64,000 nucleotides of DNA from Felis catus (Eukaryota). The stretch lies in NCBI RefSeq assembly GCF_018350175.1, contig NC_058368.1:123320001-123384000 (forward strand), read 5' to 3'. Positions 39,219-51,800 of this stretch are shown in pieces (position 1 is the stretch's first letter; each line of letters opens with the position of its first letter). Below the pieces are notes generated by a model that was not told the DNA's origin, did no database searches, and saw only the letters and a list, made by a program, of their open reading frames with translations. The translations under genes were made by a program, and so were the position numbers.

Positions 39219-39365
39219 GCATTGACAGCAACCACATTACCTGGAACCTCAAAACCTACTTCTATTCTCTTTAAACCATGGATTTCCTTGGAAGTTCCAC
39301 TGAGGTCAGCAAGAGTCTTACAGATATGATGGATCTTACATAATTTTCAAGTTTGTTCCATAACA

Positions 39366-39371
39366 AATAAA
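39366..39371 (+). terminator. Polyadenylation signal of the MARCOL-Kazal gene
   Basis: AATAAA about 150 nt after the stop, followed by a T/GT-rich element. Confidence 0.65.
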
Positions 39372-39494
39372 GTCGGTTCCAGAGTTACTTCTGATTTCTG
39401 GTACTGTTTATTTTCTAGACTTTCCCAAATCTTGTGTCTCTGTTGGACCATCTTTAAGCATCCAACTTTGGAAGCCACACACTAGATTAATATT

Positions 39495-39558
39495 TTTATT
39501 CTATTTTATTTTTAGAGACAGATAGAGAGCATGATCAGGGGAGAGGAGCAGAGGGAAA

Positions 39559-39611
<53 letters not shown>

Positions 39612-39735
39612 CTTAAGCAGGCTCTACACTCAGCTCAGAGCCCAATGCGGGGCTCAATCCCACAACCCTGGGATCATGACCTGAACCCCAATCAATTGTC
39701 AGATGCTCAACCAACTGAGCCACCCAGGTGCCCCT
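39495..39735 (-). mobile_element. SINEC with (GA)n tract
   Basis: Reverse SINE ending cccaggtgcccc. Confidence 0.9.
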
Positions 39736-39764
39736 AGATTCATATTTTTTAAAATAAACAAAGC

Positions 39765-39970
39765 AGGGCACCTGGGTGGCTCAGATGGTTAAGGATCCAG
39801 CTCTTGATTTTGACCCAGGCCATGATCTCAAGGTTCATGGGTTCAGGCCTGTGTTGGGCTCTGTACTGACAGTACAGAGCTTGCTTGGAATTCTCTCTGC
39901 CCCTCCCCCACTCATGCTCTCCCCCCACAAGTTAATTAATTAATTAATTAACTTTAAAAAACTTTTTAAT
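39765..39970 (+). mobile_element. SINEC
   Basis: ggggcacctgggtggctcag head, head-to-head with the previous SINE. Confidence 0.9.
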
Positions 39971-40647
39971 AATACACAAACAAAATATAGTCTGCTCTGC
40001 TTGAAGCAGAGCTGAGAAAACCTTAGCCTCTTGCTTGCCACCCACACCCAGATTCAGCTTGTCTCCATAATATCTGGACTGCAGAAAATTTGGAAAACAG
40101 AAGACTGAATACTTCCACCTTCCCCATATCTTAGAATGCTATAACACAGTGAATGTTCTGAGATCTTGTACTTTGAAAGGTTCTGGTAGGCCAGAAAGAT
40201 AGACAGAGGCCAGCTGGGGAATGAAGAAATGGCTTTGTAGGCCCAGCTAAGCGGAATCCAGTTTGTAGGAAGTGAAGTAGTATGTGTGGATCTAAAGGCA
40301 AGTTTGATGATTATGCCTTTTGGGTTTGTGCAAGAAGTGTTGGGGTTCTGAAGAAAAATGCCATTTCAGATTAAGATAAGGGAAAAAAGAAAATTAAAAT
40401 GGCATAAAAGAGATCATTGAAGTATTTATCTGAATCACTAAAGTGGGGGGATAAAAACCTCCTTAAATTAAAAAATATTCATTAAAGAGGCTCTATATGA
40501 ACCTTTCTTCTGCTCCTGTATGCACACTCTGGCATAATTTCCCTGTTAAGGCAAAGGCATTCAGCTGATCAACCTGGAATCTCATTCTGGGAAGCCTTTC
40601 TGCTCCTTAACTTCATAGGAGGAGTCATGCTAAGAAAATTATCTTTC

Positions 40648-40865
40648 AGGGGCGCCTGGGTGGCGCAGTCGGTTAAGCGTCCGACTTCAGCCAGGTCACG
40701 ATCTCGCGGTCCGTGAGTTCGAGCCCTGCATCAGGCTCTGGACTGGTGGCTCAGAGCCTGGAACCTATTTCTGATTCTGTGTCTCCCTCTCTCTCTGCCC
40801 CTCCCCCGTTCATGCTCTGTCTCTCTCTGTCCCAAAAAATAAATAAACGTTGAAAAAAAAAAGAA
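40648..40865 (+). mobile_element. SINEC_Fc-type SINE
   Basis: TSD aagaaaattatctttca. Confidence 0.95.
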
Positions 40866-40905
40866 AAAGAAAATTATCTTTCATACCAGAATAGAATGTT
40901 TTAGT

Positions 40906-41620
40906 TATAGTGGACTCTGGGTCTAGAGTTGTTCTTTTCTAGCAAGAAAGCAGGGCGCAGGATTAAAATTCAAGAGATGGCTAATGTCCAGGAGAAGACA
41001 AGAGCCCCAATTAAGGGTCCTTGCTCCATTTTTATTAGGATCAGAAGGCTTACAAACATAGTGATGGACGTGCACAAAGAGACAATGAAACATGAACATT
41101 AACTCATGGACGTGAGAGAAAGGGGGTTTTGAAAATATGCGGGGTTAGGGGTTGGGGTTAATGAAAGCAAAATCCTGGCACTGGTGGGCAGAAGGTTTTT
41201 ACAGCAGATAAGAGACACCACCTCTATTTCCCTAAACTGGTCTAGGGGACAAGACTGAGCAAGCTACCTCAGGGTCAACAAGCCACCTTTCTTTTGTTAA
41301 TTAGCTCCACTCTAGTCAACTTTGCCCTGCAGTGGTCTATAGCCCTATTTACCTGTTTACCTAATTTGGTCCTTCCTTCCTGTGAAAGCAGCTTTCTGCT
41401 ATAGTACTAAGTTGGGGGGCATTTCTGCCCTGAATACCTAATCTTGTTTACCTTATATACCTTTGTTCTATACTGAGGCCTTTGCCCCGCCCTCTCCATA
41501 CCTATTTACCTAATTTTGTTTACCCAAACTTGGGTGTGAGCATCCTATGGCTTTGTAGTTCTTTATGCCTTGTTAACCTATCAGTGCAAGTTCAGGGAAT
41601 TCCTAAACTAATATGCCACA
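40906..41620 (-). mobile_element. Solo LTR (ERV2/ERVK-like)
   Basis: Minus strand starts TGTGGC; 6-bp TSD TTTAGT (40900-40905 and 41621-41626); minus-strand AATAAA at about 41031-41036. Confidence 0.7.
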
Positions 41621-41845
41621 TTTAGTATATTTAAAATCCTTAAGACTCAACTCTTCATTATTTAAGAAAACAGTTTTTATTTAACCTAATACACATATGA
41701 ATGAAGACTAAGAGAAATAACAAGTCTCAAAAGGCTCAGCACAGTTTCATTACATCAATTAATTTCATTTGATTTATTTCTTACATTAACTTATTACATA
41801 TTAATTAACAAGAATTTCCCTACCTTTGTTTAAAAAAACATTTAA

Positions 41846-42050
41846 GGGGCGCCTGAGTGGCCCAGTCAGTTAAGCGCCCAACTTCGGCTCAGGTCATGAT
41901 CTCACAGTTTGTGGGTTCGAGCCCCACATTGGGATCTGTGCTGATAGTTCAGAGCCTGGAGCCTGCTCCAGATTCTGTCTCCCTCTCTCTGCTCCTCCCT
42001 TGCTCACGCTCTGTCTCTCTCTCTAAATAAATAAACATTAAATTAAAAAA
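41846..42050 (+). mobile_element. SINEC
   Basis: ggggcgcctgagtggcccag head and A-rich tail. Confidence 0.9.
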
Positions 42051-42122
42051 ACATTACTTTTTTTTTTTTTTTTTTTTTTTTGGCACTACCCCTTCTTAAA
42101 GGCAAAGTGACAGGGAAAAATA

Positions 42123-42408
42123 TGTTACAAGATGGCCGACAGGACTGATAGGGGAATTCCAGTCCCTGCCTGAAGACTCCCCTTCTAGGTTTTTCTTCCC
42201 ACCCCACTTGCCATGCAAGAGCAGACTATAAATTGTCCCCTCTGCTTATGCTGGGGACTCAGGCCTCTGGAAAGCAATCTCCTCTGAGCCCGCCAGTGTA
42301 AAATAAACCTATTGCCTTCCAAGAATTCCGATTGCCACTTGGTCCTTCCACTGGGCGATCCAGACCAGTTTCCATATCTTGCCCTAGGTCTTTTGAGCCT
42401 ACACAACA
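42123..42408 (+). mobile_element. Possible short solo LTR
   Basis: TGTTA...CAACA ends with TATAAA (about 42227) then AATAAA (about 42302); no clear TSD. Confidence 0.5.
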
Positions 42409-42787
42409 CACTTGCTTGGACAGATTCTACATATCTGTTATAGGACCTATAACTACACATTATTTTCTCCCCTCCCCATTCATCTGTGCCTATCAGATCA
42501 AATTGTCCCCTACTGCATGCTGCATGAATAGATTTGATGCCATCTGTATAAGGCAAGTTCCCACAATCTGGGCAGGATGAAAGGTACTCCAGTGCCTTAT
42601 CTATAATCGTTTATCTTACATCTAGTTTCTTACACAAATATATTTAGAGGAGATTTCTCAACATAGTGGAGCTAGCTGATGAGGCAAGAGTGAACGAGAC
42701 AGTCACAGTCTTCTTTTGTCCTTTCTTCTTCCTGAATGGGTAATCTGTGGTAGGTTATGGTGACTTTTGTGTGTAAGATAGCTTCCC

Positions 42788-43259
42788 TTATCAACAATAG
42801 CCAAATTATGGAAAGAGCCCAAATGCCCATTGATGGATAAATGGATAAAGAAGATGTGGTATATACATATATACAACTGAATACTACTCAGCCATAAAAA
42901 AAGAATGAAATCTTGCCCTTTGCAATGACATGGATGGAACTAGAGTTTATTACTCTAAGCAAAATAAATCAGCCAGAGAAAGTCAAATACTGTAAGATTT
43001 TCACACATATGTGGAATTTAAGAAACAAAACAGATAAACATGGGCGAAAGAAAAAAAGAGAGGGAGGTAAACCATAAGAGAGACTCTTAACAATAAGAAC
43101 AAACTGAGGGTTGCTGGAGGGGAGGTGGGCAGGGATGGGCTAAATGGGTGATGGGCATTCAGGAAGGCACTTGTTGGGGTGAGCACTGCATGTTATATAT
43201 AAATGGTGAATCAGTCAACTGTATTCCTGAATCTAATGTTACACTATTATGAAATATAA
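42788..43259 (+). mobile_element. L1 3' fragment
   Basis: L1 3' end text; TSD AAGAT(A/G)GCTTCCC at 42775-42787 and 43260-43272. Confidence 0.88.
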
Positions 43260-44524
43260 AAGATGGCTTCCCAGACTGCTCTAGGCCTGATCTTTCTAGT
43301 AGTATCTCTTCCTGCTTCTTTGAAGGATCAATTGAATATTCAAAATCACATGCATTTTTAAATGCTGCATAAAGAATTATTATCCCCTAGCTTTGCCAAC
43401 ACATATCTGTTAACATGCTACTTTCTGCTGATTTCTGAGATAGGGTAAAGAAGGTAAAATCTTCTGTATTGGAGAATAAGGAATTCAGAAGTTAGGGAAT
43501 TATAGCTGTTCTTTCTCAAAGGGGAGGATCTAGGATATGATCTTTGGTTCCAGGTCTTCTGCCCATTAAAAAAACAGACAGTGGGGCTGTGTGTCATAAA
43601 CATTTTAAAGAGTTTCTTTACAGAATTCTTTGAGAATGACCAGGGGGGTGCGGGGAGGGTTCCATTTTGTAATGCTTAGCTCTGACATTTTCAGTAGGTT
43701 AACAAAAGAGAGTGCTTCAAAAACCCTTTTAAAAATTGCATCAGTGATGGATTCTGGTCCAACATGTAAAGACCTTGGAAGGTGTCACCCACATCTTCAC
43801 AAGAAAAGAATCTGAATGAACTGAAAATGAATAACTTAGGTCTGTCAGAGATCACAGGGAAACCACTGACTGAAACCCAAAAAGACTGGCTGATGTAGAG
43901 AATTACAGCCACTGTAATTGAGTGGCAAAAGCCGCTGCTGGACCCGGCACCTAGCAAGAGGTCTCTAAGGATAATTGGCCTATTTATTGCTAGAGATAAT
44001 GTTAACTAGCTCTGAGTTAAGAAAAACTCTGAGTGCCTACACATATGGGAACTCTCATACTGTCATGTATTTTACTTCCAGGAGACCCACTAGGTTCTCA
44101 GGATGAAAATTAGAGAAAAATCCCTAGTGCTTCTGTCAGGAGATTAATAACCATTTTAAAATATTCAAAGCCCATTTGGTTATTCTTAATAAAGGCCTTA
44201 CACTCAAGGAACATGAATGTACCCTTGTCTGATTTGAGTTTTCTAGAGTCTATCAACATGGAGGAAGGGAAATTATGCACAACATAGACTACATTACTTA
44301 AAGCAACGTTTTCCGCCCTTGATTTTGGCACATATAAAAAGTATAGATAACCTAGATCATCCTTGTTCTGTTGTATCAAAATCTCCAGGACAAATGTCCT
44401 GCACTTAAAATTTTAGCAAGAACCCATAGTAAGGCAAACATTGACAGACACTTTTAGTCCTAAAAAGTGCTGACATTTGAAAGAAATACAGCTTCTGTAC
44501 AGAGGTTTGGGCAGGAGTTGCTGT

Positions 44525-44758
44525 GTTTTGTTTTTTTTTTAATTTTTTTTTTCCAACGTTTATTTATTTTTGGGACAGAGAGAGACAGAGCATGAACGGG
44601 GGAGGGGCAGAGAGAGAGAGGGAGACACAGAATTGGAAACAGGCTCCAGGCTCTGAGCCATCAGCCCAGAGCCCGACGCGGGGCTCGAACTCACGGACCG
44701 CGAGATCGTGACCTGGCTGAAGTCGGACGCTTAACCGACTGCGCCACCCAGGCGCCCC
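44525..44758 (-). mobile_element. SINEC_Fc-type SINE
   Basis: Young copy; TSD agttgctgt. Confidence 0.95.
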
Positions 44759-44984
44759 AGTTGCTGTTTTTTAAGGTACAGGTGAAGCCAACATTTCAGA
44801 GGCAAAAAAGAGTATAGCACTTAAATATGCTTTAAATAATTTGTGATTTTACTTTTTTTTTAATGTAATGGCTCCAAGATGAATGGATAGACTTGGGCTG
44901 GATGGGGCCCTGCCATCTGCAACTTAAGTCTTTCATGGACTGAGTTCTATCGGTATATTTTCTATATCTAATATAAAAAGACCA

Positions 44985-45192
44985 ATTTTTTAATGTTTAT
45001 TTATTCTGAGAGAGAGAGAGAGCATGCTTGGGGCAGGGGCAGAGAGAGAGAGAGAGACACAGAATCCAAAGCAGGCTCCAGGCCCTGAGCTGTCAGCACA
45101 GAGCCCCACGCAGGGCTTGAACTCATGAGCCATGAGATCATAACCTGAGCTGAGGTCTGACACTCAACTGACTGAGCCACCCAGGTGCCCCC
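44985..45192 (-). mobile_element. SINEC
   Basis: Reverse SINE; TSD ccaattttttaa. Confidence 0.9.
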
Positions 45193-45500
45193 AATTTTTT
45201 AAGCTTGGAGCAATAGACTTGAAAGTTCTAGGCCTGCTGAATTTTATCAAATAAACTTTCATGGTGTAACAACCCAAAGTTGTGGCTCTATACAGTTACA
45301 AATGTTTGATGGCACTTCTGAACCCCTACAAGAAAATTATGTCCCAAATGTGCTTAAAGTAAAATGTTGTTCACTAATACTCTTTTGGTATTTTTATAAT
45401 TAATGATTCACCTGTGTTAGATTAGATGTTGTTATAACTGAATATAAATTGTTCAACAGGCCAAATAAGGTCATCACCTCTCTTTAAGAGTTTTGGCTTT

Positions 45501-45718
45501 GGGGCTCCTGGGTGGCTCAGTTGGTTGAGTGACTTGATTTTAGCTCAGGTCACAATCTCATGGCTCTGAGTTCAAGCCCCACGTCAGGCTCTGTGCTGAC
45601 AGCTCGGAGCCTGGAACCTGCTTTGGATTCTTTGTCTCCCTCTTTCTCTGCCCTTCTCCCGCTCATGCTCTGACTTTCTCAAAAATAAATAAACATTAAA
45701 AAAAAGAAAGAAAGAAAA
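45501..45718 (+). mobile_element. SINEC
   Basis: ggggctcctgggtggctcag head, A tail. Confidence 0.9.
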
Positions 45719-46001
45719 TTCTTATAAGAATGTAGGGCTTAGAATTACAATAGCATGGTATTAAAACAAATATTCTCCTAACATTTGAAGAGTTTTCTGT
45801 CCTGGACAAGTTAGACTAGAATGCTCTGGCCCAGATACATTTGTACTGATCATTGCCAGAGACATCTTTTAAAGTATGGTATAGGTTGCAAAATGCCTTC
45901 GGTTTCTTCTGAGACAGAAGGTGAACTAGAGGAATTCAGTCTTCCTTGAAATACGGGCAAATGTGAACTTTTGTTACTCTATTTTCAACAGTATGAAGTT
46001 T

Positions 46002-46035
<34 letters not shown>

Positions 46036-46740
46036 CATTATTCAGCGACCCGGTGGTGGAGTTCATGTACATGTCTCAGTTGGTGTTTTACATATTTACG
46101 TAAAATTCAGGTAACTCGCTGTTATTGCCCAAAATAGTGGATTTCTTTGCCCACAAGTTATAGGGCTGTGGCACTGGGAGATTGAGAACTGCTCTTACTT
46201 CTCATTAATTCCTTCCTTCTCCCTTAACATCTCTATTATGTTAAAGATACAGTCTTCTCCTTCCTGTCTTACCTCTGATGCAAGTTGAATAATATCTTCA
46301 TTTTTTTTTTTTTTTACTGGAACTTTTAACTCACACATCTAACATCCCTTGTACTGGATAATTAAAAAAAAAAAAAAAAGTCTTGTGGCCTTCTGGGATT
46401 TACAGGCTGTCTCTCCTGCTCTTAATAGCGGCAGATGAATACATATAGGAGGAGAGGTCTAGTGTAAGAGACATGAAGGGCTTCACAATAATTTCAACTG
46501 TAGGCTTCAGTTTCCTTTTTCCTCAAATGTCCTGCATCAGAAGAATTGATCTGTCACAGAAGCTTCTGATGGTGTCTATGTCAATAATTCAAAGAGCCAC
46601 TGTCAGAATAATTTTCACTTAACTAGAATAATGGAGCACTTTCTGCACTCGCCAGATTTTATGTTCTTCCATTAAATTGGAACTGAACAGTGCTACACTT
46701 GAAGTTTCCTTTCTGAGTCCTAGCTTTTGCCACTGTTTAA

Positions 46741-46953
46741 AAAAAATTTTTTAATGTTTATTTATTTTTGAGACAGAGAGAGACAGAGCATGAACGGGGG
46801 AGGGTCAGAGAGAGAGGGAGACAGAATCTGAAGCAGGCTCCAGGCTCTGAGCTGTCAGCACAGAGCCCGACGTGGGGCTCGAACTCACTGACCGTGAGAT
46901 CATGACCTGAGCCAAAGTCGGACGCTTAACCGACTGAGCCACCCAGTTGCCCC
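46741..46953 (-). mobile_element. SINEC
   Basis: TSD tgccactgtttaa. Confidence 0.95.
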
Positions 46954-48754
46954 TGCCACTGTTTAAGAAAGGCAGGTTCGATTATGGTGGCAAAGGCAAG
47001 CCTAACACCCAATTCTGAATGCAAACTGTTTTAACATTTTATTCTTTACATCTGAGACACAGGGATTGTTACTCCCACACTTAAAATAAAGAAGTTGTGT
47101 ATTAGGAAATCTAAATATTGTGTCATAATTACTGAGTGGTAGATGGGAACTGAAATCAAGTCTTTCAATTGCCAAGACTCCAGAAATCTGATTGTGAGGG
47201 AGATTAGTGAATTAGGAAGACAATGGCTGATTAAATCTTAACCCTACTTCAAAACCTCCAATGTTACCCACTTACCTTATTTATATAACTTAAGGCATTG
47301 CCCCATGTGGTCTCAGTTTCATTCCTGTGAATATTCTTTATTTTTTTCCAGGTTTATTGAGATTGAACTGACGTATAACATTGTGTAAGTTTAAGATGTA
47401 TAATGTGATGATTGGATACAAATATATGTTGAGAAATGATTAACACAGGAAGTCGGTCTCTCCTGTGCCTCCTATACACATCCTATCCTTTAGGCGAGGG
47501 TCCAAAGCTGGGTACACCATTGCTCCTCTGGCAGTTTTTCAAACATACCATCACGCAGGCTTTGGGTACAAACAGTTGATTCACACTCTCGGCGGTGAGA
47601 TCAAACAGCGATAAAAGGTCTCCAGCTGATATCAATTCCTGGCTGGAAATTTGTACTATAGTTTCACAAGATGCTTTCATTGGGAGAAACTGGTTAGAGA
47701 ATGTAGGAGAACTCTATCATTTCTTACAACTGTATTGACTCTATAAGTATGTCAAAACAAAAAGCTTAAATTTAAACTTTCAGGAGAGCCTAAATTTAAA
47801 ATAAATCTCCAATTGAGTCTATGTACTCTGGTGTTGCAAAATACTGAGGGTCAAGTACCCTCAAGTACCGCAAGTATCAAATTACGGTTCACAAAACTTC
47901 TTGTCTTTGCTGGCTTTGATTCTCCTGTCCTTTCCAACTCAATAGCTTGGAAAGCTTACATGTATTTTCTCTATCTTAGTATCTATGATTATTCTTATTA
48001 CCTTTTCCCATCCTCATACTTGTGTATTCATCAAGATCAAATTGTCCTAAGCCTCTTGCTGAGGGAACAACTGGGACATCTTTATGACACAGAACACAGA
48101 ATACTTCAAGGTCTTACCTACTAGGGATCATGTGTTTTAGCCCATCTGGCTCCTCACCAATAGGCTCATAAGGGAGACTCCTCTGCTGGGTGGCAGTGGT
48201 TGAGAAAAAAAGATGAGCAAAATAGACACAGTCCCTAGAGATGTGGGCCTTATTCTCTCCACTGCCTTCTCTGCTTCCGGTCAGTGAGGTAGGACATGTA
48301 TAAAGGTAGCCGTGGTCCACAGCATTGCTGTGAGGATTGTTCCAGGTCACTCCTTCCTGTAATAACTATTTCCATGTTCTCTGGAAAAACTGAGACTCCA
48401 AAGTACCTTTTCCCTTCAATGGCAGCCAGGTTCCTTGTGGGCTGTGCCAAAGCATCTGGGAATAAGCAGCTCCTTCTTGAATGTGCTAAGAGGATTTTTC
48501 TTGGGATTGCTCTCATGTCTCTAGAAGGCCTTTTTTTCACATATATGTCCTACTGAATATGAGAGTTGGACAAAGGAAAATGAGAATGCATGGTCTACCT
48601 TAATTAGGAATCTAAGAATTAATTAATTAATTAGGAATTCAGTGGGTGGGAGGGGTTTCTGGGTTAGTCAGAAACTTTTATCTGGAAATAGGAAATTTAT
48701 CCCTGTGCCATGTGTTATAAACCTGCCAAAGTTTCCTTCCACAGAATTGATAAA

Positions 48755-48821
48755 ATGTCTCTCTTCTCATCGTGGATCAAAGCTATTTTCATCATTGCCT
48801 TGGCATTTCCTCTTTATTCTG
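48755..48821 (+). CDS. Acrosin-inhibitor-like coding exon 1 (signal peptide)
   Basis: aaaATG; donor CTG|GTGAGT, phase 1. Confidence 0.9.
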
Positions 48822-51800
48822 GTGAGTATATTTTCCAATTCGAGGTGAAATATTTCATATCTTAGAAAAATGCAGGAAATAACCGCTGTAATCTAGGAAT
48901 GAAGGAGCTTTTTGGAAACATCTAAACTGATGAAGCGATAAAAGGCACGTTACAAATGTCTTTTAAAAATTGCATCAGTGGATTGTTTTTCCTCACTTCC
49001 TATTTTGGACAGGTGAAGACAGAATAATGGGTTAGAATGGGCAGCAGAAGTTCGCTCTTCATTCATCTATGACTAAAGACCATGACCCAAATCCTTTTTT
49101 TTCCCCCCTTTTTGGATGTCAAATTCCATGGTTGATAAATACAAACTGTGAGGAGGAATGATCTCTTCTGGGTCTGCTGTTGGTTAATATCCTGACTTCT
49201 TGACCGCTCACTGAGTTCCTGAATATAGGCCTTTGTTTAAGGAGAGACATGTTGACTCCTCTGGTAAAAGTTATCTTTCTTAAAGCTCAGGATAGACCAT
49301 GAATTTCAGAAGAAGACATCTGTGTTCTATTGGATAGATGCACACATTTAGGTCAGAGTACTGATTAATTAAGCACTAACTGATTTCTTCATATTTAAGT
49401 GACATACTCTAACGCATTGTCTTCTCGGTCTTGGATGTGTCGTCTACAAAACTTGGGGGGAAAACAATGCTATCTTCAAAAAAGGGTGTCAGGGATTATT
49501 AAAAATTATACATCAAATTATTTTTCAAAGAGTGAGAATAATTGGGGATTTCAAACAATTTCCAAATGTGATAATGTTCAGTGGATTTTTTTATTTTGCT
49601 AATGGCACAAAAGTTGCCTCATTACTTGCTGGGTGTTGAGTAGCAATTCACATAGGTGTCTGCTATTAAGAGATGGGCTCTGTTTACCACAGACCATTCT
49701 GCTTCTTCCTCCTCCCCACCCCACTTCCTCTGCATCTTCCTCTTCTGCCTTCTCCTTCTTCTTTCCTTGTTCTCCTTCTCTTTTCCCTTCTCCTCTTCCT
49801 CTTCTTCTTAATTTTTAATTTTTTCATCTATTTGTTGGTTGCAGAAACTTCTTTGGCACCTATGCCAGAAGCCAGAAGTATGGTAAGTGAAAAAGGATGG
49901 AAGTTGGAAAAAATAAAGTAAATAATTAGTTTATTTTATTATAAATTTTAATAGCAAAATTCATCAAACAAATGTACAAGGAGATCTTTCAAAAAGTAAA
50001 AAAAAAAAAAAAAAGTATCATTATTGCACTGAAGTCAAGAAATAGAAACGTAGCAGCCACATAAAACCATTACCTAGACAACACAAAAATGTTCATCTCC
50101 CATTACACAAAAATTCAGTTAATGTGCACAAATATGTCATACAAGCATCTGAGAAAGGTCAAATGGTGTTGACAGTAGAAGTGTTCATTTTAGCAGAACG
50201 AAGGTTTTAAAGACTCAAATAAATATATAACCAAAATATGCATTTTAAGGGTGGATCAAATAATTATATATATACCTAGTGGAATATCAAATAGAGGTGA
50301 AAAATTAAATTACAGATTTATGTATATGAATAAACAGAGAAATTTAAGCAGATAGAAGCATGCACACATATTGTTTATTTATGTAAATTACCAATACTGT
50401 CAATACAAAACAAATAGCGTTTATATTCGTATGTTTATACACACCCACACACAAACACACACACAGACACACACATACATAGTGAAATTATCAAGAAAGA
50501 CAGGGGAGTGATAAATAGAAAAATTCAGTTTCATGATTTCTTCTAGAGTTTGGAAGGAGAAAGATGTGAAGGGAAGTGAAGATGGTGGTCACTAAATTAG
50601 AAAACCACATTCAGCCAGTTCTAAGACCTTTTAAAAAAAAGTTTGTAAACTTTGTTTACACGTTTGTAAAGACATTTTAATATCTTATTTTTTAAGTGGC
50701 ATGTCTTCATTCTTATAGGTGTTAGTGTTATAGATGTTTGTTTCCAAAACTACCTACAGACTATAATTTTTAATTTTGATGCATAACATTTCTTTCTTTT
50801 TTATGTTTATTTCTTTATTTGGAGGGAGAGAGGAGAGAGAGTGTACACATGCAAGCAGGGGAGGGGCAGAAAGAGAGGGAGAGAGGATCCTGAGCTGCTT
50901 CCGGAAGTGGTGCACGGGTTCTGATCATGACCTGAGCTGAAATCAAGAGTATGAAACTTAACCAACTGAGCCACCCAGGCATCCCAATGTGTAGCATTTC
51001 GTATGAAGATTAAAGAAAATTTTAGAGTTTCTTTCCCTGATAAATTCTATTGTATCTCTATGTTTAACAGCCACAATGTAGACCATATTCAGATGAGCAA
51101 GTTTATTGCACCAGAGAATGGGATCCAATCTGTGCGAACAATGGAAAAACTTACGGAAATACATGTGCTTTCTGCAGGGAAAAGAAGTAAGTACACAATA
51201 GTGAATATTTGCTCTTCAAAAGTATGAAGAAACCATCACAAAAGGATCACAAAATCCATGTTGCCAATAACCTAGGCACAACATTTATAGACAGTAACTG
51301 TAAGATACCTGTAAAAAATTAGGGGCCACACTTGTATCTTTCCCTGAAGTTCTTGTTTCTGAAATTTAATTTTGTATGTGAGCTCTCACTATAATTTTGC
51401 TTCATACTGTGCAAAGGTATGAATCAATTAATTGAACTTAATTGAGAATTACTAATGACAGACTAGCAATCACTATGATGTAATTCCAAAGCCCAGATGC
51501 AGAACACTAGATCTCTGAGGTGACCAGTGACCATGATCCTGACCCTTGCAGACCTCTATCTGCAGCGAGCATAGTCATGCAAGAAACTGAACTAACCTTT
51601 ACAGTTTGAAATCCATCAAAATGGGCCCATTCATCTAGAAAGAAGCTCTTCTGATGGCCAAGTTTGTCTCATAAACTCCAGGATAGCCTCCAAATATCTT
51701 CCTTGGAGGGCAGGGCATTCTAGAACACTCCCATCAAATGTCCCTTCCTGTCCCCCTCACTCTGAAAAAGTTTGCCGTCTGATGACTGGTTTGTCCAACC

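Larger units (their letters stand above)
43480..45390 (+). pseudogene. Decayed relic paralog of the acrosin-inhibitor-like SPINK gene
   Basis: Colinear by-eye similarity to 48630-49020, including an identical 21-mer (43726-43746 = 48960-48980), plus a degenerate exon-3-like stretch TRKLCPKCA*SKMLFTNT starting at 45328. Confidence 0.45.
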
